Positions 23,586-33,330 are shown, counted from the first letter of the stretch. The stretch: 64,000 nucleotides of DNA from Kiritimatiellia bacterium (GCA_045627605.1 JAZQOA010000072.1:28005-92004), one strand, 5' to 3'. The notes: generated by a model from the letters alone, not told the origin. Program-made: numbers and translations.

Positions 23586-24725
23586 TCACGCGAGCAGTTC
23601 CGCGATGGCGGCGTCCGCGACTTCGCGTCCGCGCCGCGTGAGCGCCCAGCGCCCGGGGCGGATTTCCTGCGTGATGCCGTGCGTGGCGAGACGCCTTAGC
23701 GTCGATTCCCATTCGGCGACGCGCACCGCGGCGGCGGGGTGGGTCTTGGCGAAGGCCGCGGGCGAAGCGCCTTCCGCCATGCGCAGCGCGTAGGCAAAGC
23801 GTTCCTCGGCGTCGTCCGCCGGCGAAAGCGTCTCGTCGTTCTCGGCGGGCGGAAGCGAGCCGGCGCCGAGCGCCGCCCGCCATTTCGCGACGTCGGGCGC
23901 GATGGTGCGGCGCGTTAGCCCAAGGCGCGAGGCCGCGGCGGGGCCGAGCCCCAGGTAGTCCTCTCCGCGCCAGCAGGCGAGGTTGTGGCGGCATTCGAAG
24001 CCGGGAAGCGCGTAGTTGGAGATTTCGTAGCGAACAAAACCGGCGGCGGCGAGGATGTCCTCCGTCCGCGCCAGAAGGTCCATTTGCGCGTCGTCCGCCA
24101 GGGGGGCGAGCCTGCCGGCGGCGATGTCGCGGCCCAACGCCGTTCCGGACTCGACAATCAGGCCGTAGACCGAGAGGTGGCGGGGGGCGAGCGCCAGCGC
24201 CTTTGCAAGCGTCTTTTCCCAGGCGGGGGCTTCGACACCGGGGTAGCCCGCGATGAGATCGAAGCCGACATTGCCGAAGCCGTGTGCGCGGGCGAGCGCA
24301 AGGGCGTCTGCCACGTCGCGCGCCGTGTGGCGGCGGCCCATGGCCTTGAGGACGGCGTCGTCAAGCGACTGCGCGCCGAAACTAAGGCGGTTGACGCCGA
24401 GGGCGCGGAGCGCGTCGAGAAGGGCGGGGGTCGTGATTTCCGGCGAGGGATTGAGCTCGACGGTCCATTCCGTCGCGCGGGAAATGTCAATGCCCGCGGC
24501 GGCGAGTTCCGCCACGGTTTCGCGGAGGCCGTCGGACCCGAGCAATCCGGGTGTGCCGCCGCCGAAATAGATGGTCCCGGGGGCGAGATGGCCGCCTGCG
24601 CGGAGTGCGCATTCGCGCCCGATGCGCCTTGGGAAGTCGCGGGCGCCCTCCAAGCCGGCAATGGAATAGAGTGCGCAGTAGCGGCACTTCGAGAGGCAGA
24701 AGGGGACGTGGAGGTAGAGGTTCAT
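23586..24725 (-). CDS. hemW: radical SAM family heme chaperone / oxygen-independent coproporphyrinogen oxidase-like (HemW/HemN family)
   Basis: 379 aa from the ATG at 24725. LYLHVPFCLSKCRYCALYS (CX3CX2C), YFGGGTP and a HemN C-terminal-like region. Confidence 0.8.
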   Translation of the reverse strand: MNLYLHVPFCLSKCRYCALYSIAGLEGARDFPRRIGRECALRAGGHLAPGTIYFGGGTPGLLGSDGLRETVAELAAAGIDISRATEWTVELNPSPEITTPALLDALRALGVNRLSFGAQSLDDAVLKAMGRRHTARDVADALALARAHGFGNVGFDLIAGYPGVEAPAWEKTLAKALALAPRHLSVYGLIVESGTALGRDIAAGRLAPLADDAQMDLLARTEDILAAAGFVRYEISNYALPGFECRHNLACWRGEDYLGLGPAAASRLGLTRRTIAPDVAKWRAALGAGSLPPAENDETLSPADDAEERFAYALRMAEGASPAAFAKTHPAAAVRVAEWESTLRRLATHGITQEIRPGRWALTRRGREVADAAIAELLA

Positions 24726-24751
24726 CGCGGCGGGGGCGCGGGCGGCGGGGG

Positions 24752-25357
24752 TCACTCGTCTTCTTCGAGGATGATTTCGGGAAGCCGCTCCTCCTTCGAC
24801 TTCCAGCCGTTGGTCCAGTCCGTCCCCGGGTCGAAGAACTCCTCGCCGGGGCGGAGGTCGTCCTTCGTGTCGGGGCGTCCGTCCGGCCCGCATGAGAAGA
24901 GGACGGGCAGGGCGTTGGTTCCCCGTTCGTAGAAGTAGGGGCGGCCCCAGGGGTCTTCCATCAGCTGGACGAGGTAGGGGCCGTCCCAGCCGGGTTCGCC
25001 GAGGTCCTTGTTGAGCGCGGCGAGGCCCTGCTCCGTTTCGGGGAAGCGCCCCACGTGCATTTTGTAGCGGCCGAGGGCGGTGGCGAGGACATCGAGCGAC
25101 TTGACCGCCGTGAGGTGCGGGATGGGGCGGTCGGAGTTGTCGCGGACAGTGCGCCCCACCTTGCCGATGAGGAGCCCGCCGACAATGGCGAGGATGAAAA
25201 TCGCCGCGAAGATGACGCGCGGGGCGTAGATTTCGCGCAGCGTGGGCGTCGCCGAAATCCCGGCAAGACGGCGTTCCGCCTCGCGCCTGATCTGGAGCTT
25301 GCGCCGTCTGCGGCGCGCGGCGTCGCCGGGGTTGTGTTTCGCGGGGCCTTGCTGCAT
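24752..25357 (-). CDS. GspG-like (type II secretion pseudopilin C-terminal domain) membrane protein
   Basis: 201 aa. Arg-rich N-terminus, one TM (VIFAAIFILAIVGGLLIG), then ...GRFPETEQGLAAL...WDGPYL...DPWGRPYFY...SCGPDGRPDTKDD, typical of the GspG C-terminal domain. No G/FTLIE prepilin motif seen. Confidence 0.65.
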   Translation of the reverse strand: MQQGPAKHNPGDAARRRRRKLQIRREAERRLAGISATPTLREIYAPRVIFAAIFILAIVGGLLIGKVGRTVRDNSDRPIPHLTAVKSLDVLATALGRYKMHVGRFPETEQGLAALNKDLGEPGWDGPYLVQLMEDPWGRPYFYERGTNALPVLFSCGPDGRPDTKDDLRPGEEFFDPGTDWTNGWKSKEERLPEIILEEDE

Positions 25358-25364
25358 GGCGGGT

Positions 25365-26045
25365 TTAGTCCAGCTTCGTCCAGGCGCCGTCCTTGCGGAC
25401 GTACCGGTGCGGCGAGGTGCCTTCGGCGAAGATTTTGACCGAGGGCTTTTCGTTGCGGAAGACGACCATGGCGCCGTCTTCGAGGGCCCAGGCTTTCGAG
25501 GGCGTGCCCGGATAGGTTTCCCTTGCGAGGCGCTTGTCGAAGCCTTTCCAGGGGGCTCCCTGGTAGTGGGGGCAGAAGAAGACGGGAAGCATGCCCATGC
25601 CGGCGATGAAGTCGTAGCGGCCGTCGGTGAAGTCGTTGTAGCCGGCGTGCGAAAGGATGATGCAGCCCGCGCTGGTGCCCGTCATCACCGTGCCGCGGCG
25701 ATAGGCCTCGCGGAAGGTGTCCGCCAGGTGGTAGAAGGAGATCTTGTCCGCCAGCCTCTCGGTCATGCCGCCCGAAAACCAGACGATGTCGCTGGACAGG
25801 ATCTTTTTCCTCAGCGCGGCGACGCTCTTCGGCTGCTCCTCCCAGATTTTGACGACATCGATTTTGCGCGTCGCGACGTGAAAGGCCTCCACGATCGGGC
25901 CGGTGACCTCGGGGTTGTCGCGCGCGGCCGTGGCGAAGACCAGCACCTTCGGGGATTTTTTCCCGGACAGTTCGCAGATGAACTTGACCTGGTCGCCGTA
26001 GCCGGAGGCGAAGACGGCCTTGCGGATTGGTTTTTCGCCGGCCAT
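25365..26045 (-). CDS. peptidase S51 / type 1 glutamine-amidotransferase-like (dipeptidase E or cyanophycinase family)
   Basis: 226 aa. FSGGMTERL and GTSAGCII motifs resemble the S51 GGGNT and SAG nucleophile regions. Confidence 0.65.
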   Translation of the reverse strand: MAGEKPIRKAVFASGYGDQVKFICELSGKKSPKVLVFATAARDNPEVTGPIVEAFHVATRKIDVVKIWEEQPKSVAALRKKILSSDIVWFSGGMTERLADKISFYHLADTFREAYRRGTVMTGTSAGCIILSHAGYNDFTDGRYDFIAGMGMLPVFFCPHYQGAPWKGFDKRLARETYPGTPSKAWALEDGAMVVFRNEKPSVKIFAEGTSPHRYVRKDGAWTKLD

Positions 26046-26048
26046 GCC

Positions 26049-26861
26049 CTACCTCCCCGCCGTTGCCGCGAACGCCGCCTCCTTGATGGCGTCGGCTCGT
26101 TTGCCGTCCAGCCCCTGCGGCACGAAACCGCAGGCGCGCGGATCCCTGCCGAAGAGCGTCGCCGCCCAGACCAGCGCCTGGAGGTATTCGCCGTCTTCGT
26201 TGAGATGGAAGACGTCGCAGTCGGGGAGGGGCTTGCCGCCTTTGCCGCCGACGACGTCGCCGCCAAAGGAGTCCGCCGCGTACCTTACCGGCAGGGCCTT
26301 GCGGAAGACCTGGACCGCCGCGCCCGTCGGGATGACGCGGAAGCCGTAGCCGGCGGCGAACAAGCCGTAGGCGGCGTGGAGCTTCGCGTACATTTCGTCG
26401 GGCGTGAGGCCCCAGTCCGCGAGGCGCCTGTCGAAGGGCGTGTAGCTCCAGGTCTCCTGGACGACGATCTCGGCCTGGGGCGCGAGACGGCGGATCGTTT
26501 CGACCAGCTTGTCGCCGAAGGGATGGTAGGAGTCGGGGACCCACGAAAGGTGCGAGGCCTGCTGGATGGTCACGACGTCCCACTTCGCGAGGCCGAGCGC
26601 CGTGGCGATGTCTTCTTCGCCGATGACCCGCCCGCCGCCGCGGGTTTCGCGGTCCGAGCGGTAGGGCTTGAGCGACGGGTCGGCCGCGCAAAGCTCGAGG
26701 TTCTGGCAGTGCTTTTCCAGCGGGAACCCGCCGATGTAGAGCGACATGAGGTCGAGGTCGACGCCGAAGTCGGCGGCGACCTTCGGGAGGTAGGTCATGC
26801 AGCTGATCGAAAAACTGTTGCCGATCATCAGCACGTTCATCGCGGGGGGCTTTCCTGTCAT
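26049..26861 (-). CDS. DUF4886/SGNH-like hydrolase family protein
   Basis: 270 aa from the ATG at 26861 (alternative start at 26840). The N-terminal block NVLMIGNSFS is typical of this family. The Arg-rich upstream extension in the track ORF is rejected. Confidence 0.6.
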   Translation of the reverse strand: MTGKPPAMNVLMIGNSFSISCMTYLPKVAADFGVDLDLMSLYIGGFPLEKHCQNLELCAADPSLKPYRSDRETRGGGRVIGEEDIATALGLAKWDVVTIQQASHLSWVPDSYHPFGDKLVETIRRLAPQAEIVVQETWSYTPFDRRLADWGLTPDEMYAKLHAAYGLFAAGYGFRVIPTGAAVQVFRKALPVRYAADSFGGDVVGGKGGKPLPDCDVFHLNEDGEYLQALVWAATLFGRDPRACGFVPQGLDGKRADAIKEAAFAATAGR

Positions 26862-26899
26862 GCGGGGACGCTCTCTTTCTGTCTGGTGCGGGGGCGGTT

Positions 26900-28144
26900 T
26901 TATTCGGCGGGGGTGCGGCCGAAGTCGAAGACCTTGACGATTTCGCCGTCCTTTTGCGCCGACTTGTGCGCGGCGACGCCCATCGCCATGTAGGACGAGG
27001 CCTTCCAGATGTCGATCGCGGGGCGGCGGCGCTCGTAGACCGACGTGACGAATTCGTTGGCGAGGTAGGGGTGCGAGCCGCCGTGGCCCTGCGGGACGAA
27101 GTCGTCGCCGGGCTTGGCGTCGGGCTGGAGCACCTTCTTGTAGGCGGCGGCGACTTCCGGCGGCAGCGGATCGCGCATTTCGGCGTCGGAAACATCCTTC
27201 TCGACGACGGCCTTCTTTTCGGTGTTGAACTCGACGCGCCCGTTGTCGCCCCACTTGTTGTAGGCGTAGGCGCCGCGGGTGCCGTACATGCGGAAGTCTT
27301 CGTCGCGCAACCCGATGCCCGGGCAGATTTCGCGCAGTTCGGCGACGCGGAAGGGAACGCCGTTCGCGAGCTGGAAGAGCGCGACGATGCTCGAGAAGTC
27401 CATGTGCGCGAAGTGCGGGTCGGCCGCGCCGAACTGGTTGGCGATGCCGTAGGCCGAGACTTTGAGCGCGTAGGTGTCGCCCATCACGCTGAGGGGGCCC
27501 GAGACGGAGTGCGTCGGGTAGTTCATCGGGTGGCTCTTGAGGCCGCGGTCATAGTAGGGCTTGAGTTTCGCGGCAAGCTGCGAACCGATGACGCCCGTGT
27601 TGCGGGATTTCGAGACCTCGCGGAGGGAGCAGCCGAAGCAATCGACGTCGTGCGCGTATTCCGCGGCGGCGTAAACGACCTTGCCGAACTCGCCGGCCTT
27701 GAACTTGCGGCGGCAGAACATCGTCTGCGGCCGGTAGTAGGTCGTCTCCCCGAGCATGTAGTGCTTGCCCGTGGCCAGTGTCGTGTCGATGATCTTCCCG
27801 CACCAGTCGAGCATTTCCTCGTCGTCGGGGAGGCAGATGACCGGGACGGCGCTGTAGACGTCCTTGCCGCACTTCATCGCCTGAATCGCCTGCGGGGCAT
27901 GGAGCATGGGCTGGGTGATGATCGCCAGCGCGTCGCAGTCGGAGTTGCAGATGTCGTCAAACGATTCATAGACGTCCCTGTCGGCGACTTTCCCGGAATA
28001 GGCAAGCCACTGTTTCCAGTTGGCGAGTTTTTCCGGCTGCGCGTCGCACAAGGCGACCGCGTCGACAAGCGGGTGCGAGGTGAAGAGGTGGGCGAAACAA
28101 CCGCCAAACGAACCAAGGCCGACAAGGCCGATTTTGATACCCAT
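26900..28144 (-). CDS. Gfo/Idh/MocA family oxidoreductase
   Basis: 414 aa from the ATG at 28144. N-terminal Rossmann IKIGLVGLGSFGG and the conserved layout of the family. Confidence 0.8.
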   Translation of the reverse strand: MGIKIGLVGLGSFGGCFAHLFTSHPLVDAVALCDAQPEKLANWKQWLAYSGKVADRDVYESFDDICNSDCDALAIITQPMLHAPQAIQAMKCGKDVYSAVPVICLPDDEEMLDWCGKIIDTTLATGKHYMLGETTYYRPQTMFCRRKFKAGEFGKVVYAAAEYAHDVDCFGCSLREVSKSRNTGVIGSQLAAKLKPYYDRGLKSHPMNYPTHSVSGPLSVMGDTYALKVSAYGIANQFGAADPHFAHMDFSSIVALFQLANGVPFRVAELREICPGIGLRDEDFRMYGTRGAYAYNKWGDNGRVEFNTEKKAVVEKDVSDAEMRDPLPPEVAAAYKKVLQPDAKPGDDFVPQGHGGSHPYLANEFVTSVYERRRPAIDIWKASSYMAMGVAAHKSAQKDGEIVKVFDFGRTPAE

Positions 28145-28331
28145 GGTTAAGCTCCGGGCCCGCGCGGTCCGCGGCGGATTCGCCGCGCCTAAACCGCGCT
28201 GGGCATTTGAATGATTATAGCACAATGAAAGACGGGGCGTTGCGCGGCGTTTCGTGCGCCATGCGTACCGGACGCCAAGACAGTAATCAAAACATCCTGA
28301 TTTCGTGCGGCTTTCGTTCCGCGAAACCGCG

Positions 28332-28360
28332 TTGACAATGAAATCGCGTTGTGTTAGATT
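28332..28360 (+). promoter_or_regulatory. sigma70-like promoter TTGACA-N17-TAGATT placed for a leaderless transcript
   Basis: TTGACA at 28332-28337, 17-nt spacer, TAGATT at 28355-28360. The ATG at 28367 is 7 nt after the -10 and there is no SD. Confidence 0.4.
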
Positions 28361-28366
28361 TGGCGC

Positions 28367-30673
28367 ATGTCATTCAATGAAGCAAATTCCGGGGGCCCCT
28401 CGGCGGATGAAGGGGATGCAAGAGGGCAACGCGCCCACCCGGCGCCACCGGCGGCGTCCTTCAGGGACGGCGACACGGTTGTCTTTTTCGGCGATTCGCT
28501 CACGCACGGCGGGTTCTACCACGAGTATCTGGCCGACTTCTACCGCACGCGCTTCCCGGAGGCGGACATCCGCTTTGTCAATTCCGGCATCGGCGGCGAC
28601 ACGGCCGCAGGCGCGATGCCGCGCATTCCCGTCGACGTGGCCGAGTACCGGCCGACATGGGTCTTCTACCATTTCGGCATGAACGACGTGAACCGCGGCG
28701 CCTACGTCCCGAACCCGACACCGGAGCAAGTGAAGCGGGCGGCGGATGCCGCCGGGGCGTTTAGGCGCAACTTCGCCGCGCTTGCCGAGGGGGTGCGCGC
28801 AGCGGTGCCGGGCGTCCGCGAGATGTTCGCGACGCCGACGATCTACGACGAGACGGCCGTGGTCGACGACATTCCGCCGGACGCGGCGGAATGGGCGACC
28901 GTCAACCAGGTCGGCCGCCACGCGGCGCTCCGTCGTCTCCGCGAGTTCGTGAAGAACTATGCCGCCGAAAGGAACGCCCCGGTTGTAGACTGGCACGCGC
29001 CGCTCGACGAATTCGTGAACCGCCGCCGCCGCGCGGGGGATGCGCATTTCAGGGTGACCCGGTTTGACCGCGTCCATCCCGGCGTCGTCGGGCACGCGAT
29101 CATGTCGTGGGAGTTCCTGAAGGCCCAGGGCGTTTCGGCGACGGTTTCCGACATTGAAATCGACGCGGCGTCGGGGCGGGCCGTCCGCGCGGAGAACGCA
29201 ACGGTCGGCGAGGTCGTCCGCCAGGAAGACGGCCTTGCCTGCACGGTGCTGGAGAAGTCGCTGCCGTTTCCCGTGCCGGACGAGGCGCGGGAATTCCTCG
29301 GGGAGTTCGGCGTCGAGGAGGCGCTGAACCGCGAGGTTTTCGCCGTGAAGGGGCTGCCGGAGGGAAACTACGCGCTCCTGATCGACGGCGTTGAGGTGGC
29401 ATGCGGCAGTGCCGCCACTTTCGCGGAGGGGCTGCGCCTTGGCTTCAACCCGAAGACGCCGCAATACGCGCAGGCGAGGGCCTTTTTCGAGCGCAACGCC
29501 GAACTCGCCGCCCGCGAACGCCTAATGCGCAACGCGCATTCGGGGCGCTGGTTCTACGGACAGCGGGGGGCGCCGGTGGACGACGTGGCCGCCTTCGCCG
29601 CGTGGTTCGAGCAAAACGAGAAGGACAAGTCCGCCTATTTCGCCGGTTTCGTGCCCGCCTACCTCAAGTACTGGCCGACCTACCGTGAGTCCCGCGCGGC
29701 GCTCCTTGCCGACCAGCAGGCCGCGCGCGCACTCGTGAAGCCCGTCCCGCACAGGTATGAGGTGAGGCGCCTGACGGCCGATCCGAACCTGTCGGTCTTC
29801 GTCTCCGACATCCACATCAGCGGCCCGGAGGTCATGACGGCCTGGGGCACCCAGCCGACCTACCAGAACGCCTATTTCAAGCGGACGGTGGACGATATCC
29901 TCGCGATGCGTCCGCGCCCGGCGCGCGTCGTGTGCTTCGGCGACGTCGCGCTTTGGTTCGGCTTCCACCAGGACTACGAAACGGCGTTGCCGCTGCTCCG
30001 GCGGCTTACGGATGCCGGCATCGAGGTTTTCGTCACCACCGGCAACCACGACCACCGCGATTCAATGGCCCGGTATTTCCCGCGGCAGGCCGCCGCCTCG
30101 CCGGTTCCGGGGCGCTTCGTTTCGGTCATCGACCTTGGCGCGGCCGACCTCATCCTGCTGGATACGCTCTGGGAGAACGAGGATGGCGAGGGCTCCAACA
30201 ACAATGTCGGCGGGAAGCTCGACGAGGCCCAGTGGCAATGGCTTCGGAAACGTGCCGGGGAGGCGGAAAGACCATTCTTCGTCGGGGCTCATCATCCGTC
30301 CGACGACGTCGGGATCGGCGACCGCGGGATTGTCGAGGCGCTCGCCGACAACGCGATGTTCGCGGGCTACATCTACGGGCACAAGCACCGTTGGAACAGG
30401 TACTGGCACTTCGCCGACTATTCGACGCGCCGGCTGAAGCGGTCGGCCGGTCTGCCGTCCACCGGCTGGAACGGCGACATCGGCTATGCCACGATGCGGA
30501 CGTTTTCGGACCGCGCCGAACTGGCGCTCTTTCAGACGGACTATTTCTGGCCCATCCCCCTCAAGGACGGCGAAACGCGCCCCCGCGACTGGGATGTGAT
30601 CATTTCCGAGAACCGCGCCAGTTCCCGCGTGACGTTCCCGTACCGAGAGTCAAGACGAGACTCCCAACTCTGA
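28367..30673 (+). CDS. fusion protein: SGNH/GDSL hydrolase domain + calcineurin-like metallophosphoesterase domain
   Basis: 768 aa. VVFFGDSLTHGG, GINDV-like block and DRVHP (SGNH blocks I, III, V). C-terminal VFVSDIHISG, FGDVA, TTGNHDH, GAHHP and GHKHRW (MPE motifs). Confidence 0.8.
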   Translation: MSFNEANSGGPSADEGDARGQRAHPAPPAASFRDGDTVVFFGDSLTHGGFYHEYLADFYRTRFPEADIRFVNSGIGGDTAAGAMPRIPVDVAEYRPTWVFYHFGMNDVNRGAYVPNPTPEQVKRAADAAGAFRRNFAALAEGVRAAVPGVREMFATPTIYDETAVVDDIPPDAAEWATVNQVGRHAALRRLREFVKNYAAERNAPVVDWHAPLDEFVNRRRRAGDAHFRVTRFDRVHPGVVGHAIMSWEFLKAQGVSATVSDIEIDAASGRAVRAENATVGEVVRQEDGLACTVLEKSLPFPVPDEAREFLGEFGVEEALNREVFAVKGLPEGNYALLIDGVEVACGSAATFAEGLRLGFNPKTPQYAQARAFFERNAELAARERLMRNAHSGRWFYGQRGAPVDDVAAFAAWFEQNEKDKSAYFAGFVPAYLKYWPTYRESRAALLADQQAARALVKPVPHRYEVRRLTADPNLSVFVSDIHISGPEVMTAWGTQPTYQNAYFKRTVDDILAMRPRPARVVCFGDVALWFGFHQDYETALPLLRRLTDAGIEVFVTTGNHDHRDSMARYFPRQAAASPVPGRFVSVIDLGAADLILLDTLWENEDGEGSNNNVGGKLDEAQWQWLRKRAGEAERPFFVGAHHPSDDVGIGDRGIVEALADNAMFAGYIYGHKHRWNRYWHFADYSTRRLKRSAGLPSTGWNGDIGYATMRTFSDRAELALFQTDYFWPIPLKDGETRPRDWDVIISENRASSRVTFPYRESRRDSQL

Positions 30674-30688
30674 ACTCACCACTCTCAA

Positions 30689-31969
30689 CTAAAAAAAGGC
30701 TTCGTCGTCGAGTTCGATGGCGTTGCCTCCGGCGTCGATGGAGTCGAAGTCGCCAGGGTCGATGGCGGCTTTCCTTGGCGCGGCCTTCTTTTCGGGAACC
30801 TTGACTTCGCGGCCGAGGAAGCGGTCGAGCAGGTACTGGCGGCGGAGTTGGGCGATGTCGTCGCGCACGGAGTAGAGGCGTTTGATTTCGGAAGAGAAGA
30901 ACCGGTCTTTTTCATCGACGGGCCAGTCGAGGGCTTTGGCGCCTTTTTCGGGCGTGTAGGCGAGGGCGTCGATCATCTTGGCGTTGCCGTCGAAAAACGG
31001 CTGGAGCCGCGCGTTGAGGAAGAGCGTGTCGGAATCGGCTTCGCGCGGCTGGAAGGTGTCGGCCTTGAGGAAGCCGTAGGCGGACTCCTTCGGCGAAATG
31101 CGCCAGTATTCCCTTGCGTTACCCGTGACGGACGCCCCGGCCCCGCCGATCCCGTCGATGATCAGCTGCCGGTAGATGGCGACGCGGGTATCCTGGCCAA
31201 AGCGGGGCCATTTCATCGTGCCGTAGCCGGAGAAGGGGATGTCGTCCGTCCCCCAGGTGTATTTTGCGCCGCCGGGGGCGTGGCGGACGATCTTGAGCCG
31301 CCATTTGGCGCCGCGTTCGCTGTTCGGCTGGAAGAAGGGGAGTTCAAGCGCGAAGCAGGGCCAGGAGAGGAAGACGGAGACGTACCAGCATTTCCGGGCC
31401 TTGCTCCACTGGACGTTGAACTTCCTGTTCAGGGGGCCGGTCGGCCCAGGCCCGCACGCGGCCGCGTCCTCGGTCATGTAGCGGCGGGTGCGGTCGGGGC
31501 GTTCGCGTTCCTCGACCGGGACGCACGCGCCGGAGTATTCGGGGACCATCTTGACCGCCGCGGCCTCCGGGGCGTGGATCGTGAAGTGGCGAACGGGGGT
31601 GCGCGCGGCGGCGGCCGAGGCGTCCGTGCCAAGGTAGAACTCGATGTCGCCGCCGGGATCAGCTTCGCCTTCGTGCCCGTCGAACTTGAGGAGGATCAGG
31701 ACGCCGGTCGTGTTGTAGACGGCCGTCACGGCATGGCCGGTTTCGGCGGGCGCGGCCGGGTTGCCGGAGGCTATGAAGCCGGTGCCGAGGCTTTCGGCGT
31801 AAGTGGTGGCCGTCGTGTCGAGGAAATCGACCGAGCCCGCCTGCAGGAGGCACATCCAGTGGCCCGACGGGGCGGGCTGGACCTGGAATTCGGCCGCGGG
31901 GAGCGGGGCGGCGCAAAAGAGGACGAGGGCGGCCGCGAGAAGGGCGGCGGGGATGCGGCGGGGATTCAT
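30689..31969 (-). CDS. secreted hypothetical protein
   Basis: 426 aa from the ATG at 31969. Signal peptide MNPRRIPAALLAAALVLFCAAPLPAAE. Its start overlaps the upstream stop (TAATG). No family recognised. Confidence 0.6.
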   Translation of the reverse strand: MNPRRIPAALLAAALVLFCAAPLPAAEFQVQPAPSGHWMCLLQAGSVDFLDTTATTYAESLGTGFIASGNPAAPAETGHAVTAVYNTTGVLILLKFDGHEGEADPGGDIEFYLGTDASAAAARTPVRHFTIHAPEAAAVKMVPEYSGACVPVEERERPDRTRRYMTEDAAACGPGPTGPLNRKFNVQWSKARKCWYVSVFLSWPCFALELPFFQPNSERGAKWRLKIVRHAPGGAKYTWGTDDIPFSGYGTMKWPRFGQDTRVAIYRQLIIDGIGGAGASVTGNAREYWRISPKESAYGFLKADTFQPREADSDTLFLNARLQPFFDGNAKMIDALAYTPEKGAKALDWPVDEKDRFFSSEIKRLYSVRDDIAQLRRQYLLDRFLGREVKVPEKKAAPRKAAIDPGDFDSIDAGGNAIELDDEAFF

Positions 31970-33318
31970 TACCGGGCCTCCATTTCTGAAATCTTGAGCA
32001 GGCGGTCGGCCCAGGCGATGGCGTCGAGCCTCGTGGTTTCGGGGGCGGACGTGTCCCTTTGGGCGTCCGTGAGCCAGGCGAGGGCGCGGCGTCCTTCGAC
32101 GACCTTGAGGTGGTCTTCGGATTCGAGGAGTTTCCTTGCCAGTTCGTTGACGAGGCTGAGGAGGCAGACGTCCCCGTAGGCCTGGCGCAGGGCGAAGTCG
32201 GCGAGCGTGGGGATGTAGCCGCCGTCCGCGAGCGGGTAGCGGAAGGTGGCGGAACGGAGCCGCCCGTGGTCGTCGCTCCACGGGTTTTCCTTTTCGGCCG
32301 GGGCCGGCACGGCGACGCCCGCGTAGCCGGCGAGGAAGGGGGCGATGCCCTTGTTGACGCGCCAGACCCAGGGGTTCTCAATGGCGGCGACGGCTGGGAA
32401 GTCGCAGATCGAGGCGGCGCCGATGGCGCGGCGGGCCTGGAGCTGGCGCGGGGTGGCGGAGGCCGTGAAAACATGGTAGTGCCTTGACGCGGCTTTCCGG
32501 ATGTCTTCCCGGTCCGCGTCCACCACGTAGGAGTCCTCCGCGAAGGCGGCGGGGTCGAGGCGCGTCAGGAAGGCGTCCGCCGGCTTTGCCGCGGCCGTGT
32601 CGCCGGAGAGGAAGAGATAGTCGCCTTTTTCGTAGCGTCGCCGCGGGGCCCTGAGGGAGAAGGGCATGACGCGCAGGGCGATGTCGAGTTTGCCGGCCGC
32701 GGCGCCGTCCGCGACGAATTCGAGCGCGCCCTTGTAGAGCCCGGGCGCGGTGCCTTCGGGCAGGGCGATGGCGACGACGAGCTGGCGGGCGCAGTTCGCT
32801 TTGAGCGGGAAGGGAAGGAGGCGCGGGGCGTCGGCGTCCGGGAGCGTGCCCGAATCGGCGGGGACGTACCGTCCCTTGGCGCGGATCGTGTTGGCGGAGG
32901 TCTTGTCATCCGTGGCGACGAGGGCGTCGTCGTGGAGCAGGAGTTCGGGAACGAGGGTGCGGCCGGAGGCGTCGCGCCATTCGCAGAACCAGGCGTTGCC
33001 GGCCTGGTACCAGCACTTCACGACGCGGATGTCGATCGCGCCGGCGGGAATTGCGCCCGCGTCGGATTTGAGCCCGTCGCATTGGGCGAGGAAGGCCTTG
33101 ACATCGGCGGGCGACTTGACCACGGCCGAGAGCACGGCGGTGGAATTGCCGGCGGCAACGGCATCGAGGCATGCGTTGCCTTTTTCCACCTCGGCGTCGG
33201 GCAGGATGCGCACCGGGGAGAAGGGGTCCGCCGGGGCGTAGGAGAGGGCGGCGAAGCCTGCGGGCGCAAGCAGGGCGAGAAGGAGGGAGGCGAGACCCGC
33301 TGTTTTTGCGAAGTTCAT
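31969..33318 (-). CDS. secreted hypothetical protein, shares a domain with the adjacent 1171-aa protein
   Basis: 449 aa. Signal peptide ...LLAPAGFAA. The segment IDIRVVKCWYQAGNAW...LLLHDDALVATDD parallels DIRLVKCWYTPFGVW...ILLHDDSLIVADK in the 33331-36846 product. Confidence 0.6.
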   Translation of the reverse strand: MNFAKTAGLASLLLALLAPAGFAALSYAPADPFSPVRILPDAEVEKGNACLDAVAAGNSTAVLSAVVKSPADVKAFLAQCDGLKSDAGAIPAGAIDIRVVKCWYQAGNAWFCEWRDASGRTLVPELLLHDDALVATDDKTSANTIRAKGRYVPADSGTLPDADAPRLLPFPLKANCARQLVVAIALPEGTAPGLYKGALEFVADGAAAGKLDIALRVMPFSLRAPRRRYEKGDYLFLSGDTAAAKPADAFLTRLDPAAFAEDSYVVDADREDIRKAASRHYHVFTASATPRQLQARRAIGAASICDFPAVAAIENPWVWRVNKGIAPFLAGYAGVAVPAPAEKENPWSDDHGRLRSATFRYPLADGGYIPTLADFALRQAYGDVCLLSLVNELARKLLESEDHLKVVEGRRALAWLTDAQRDTSAPETTRLDAIAWADRLLKISEMEAR

Positions 33319-33330
33319 TTCGGGGGCATC

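Noticed and set aside
23007-23994. Track ORFs running through the tandem repeats (for example 23204-23392 +, 23344-23793 +, 23105-23341 -, 23245-23994 -)
   Set aside because: The 140-nt period is not divisible by 3, so each unit is read in a different frame. The products are Arg/Cys/His-rich low-complexity strings with no start context.
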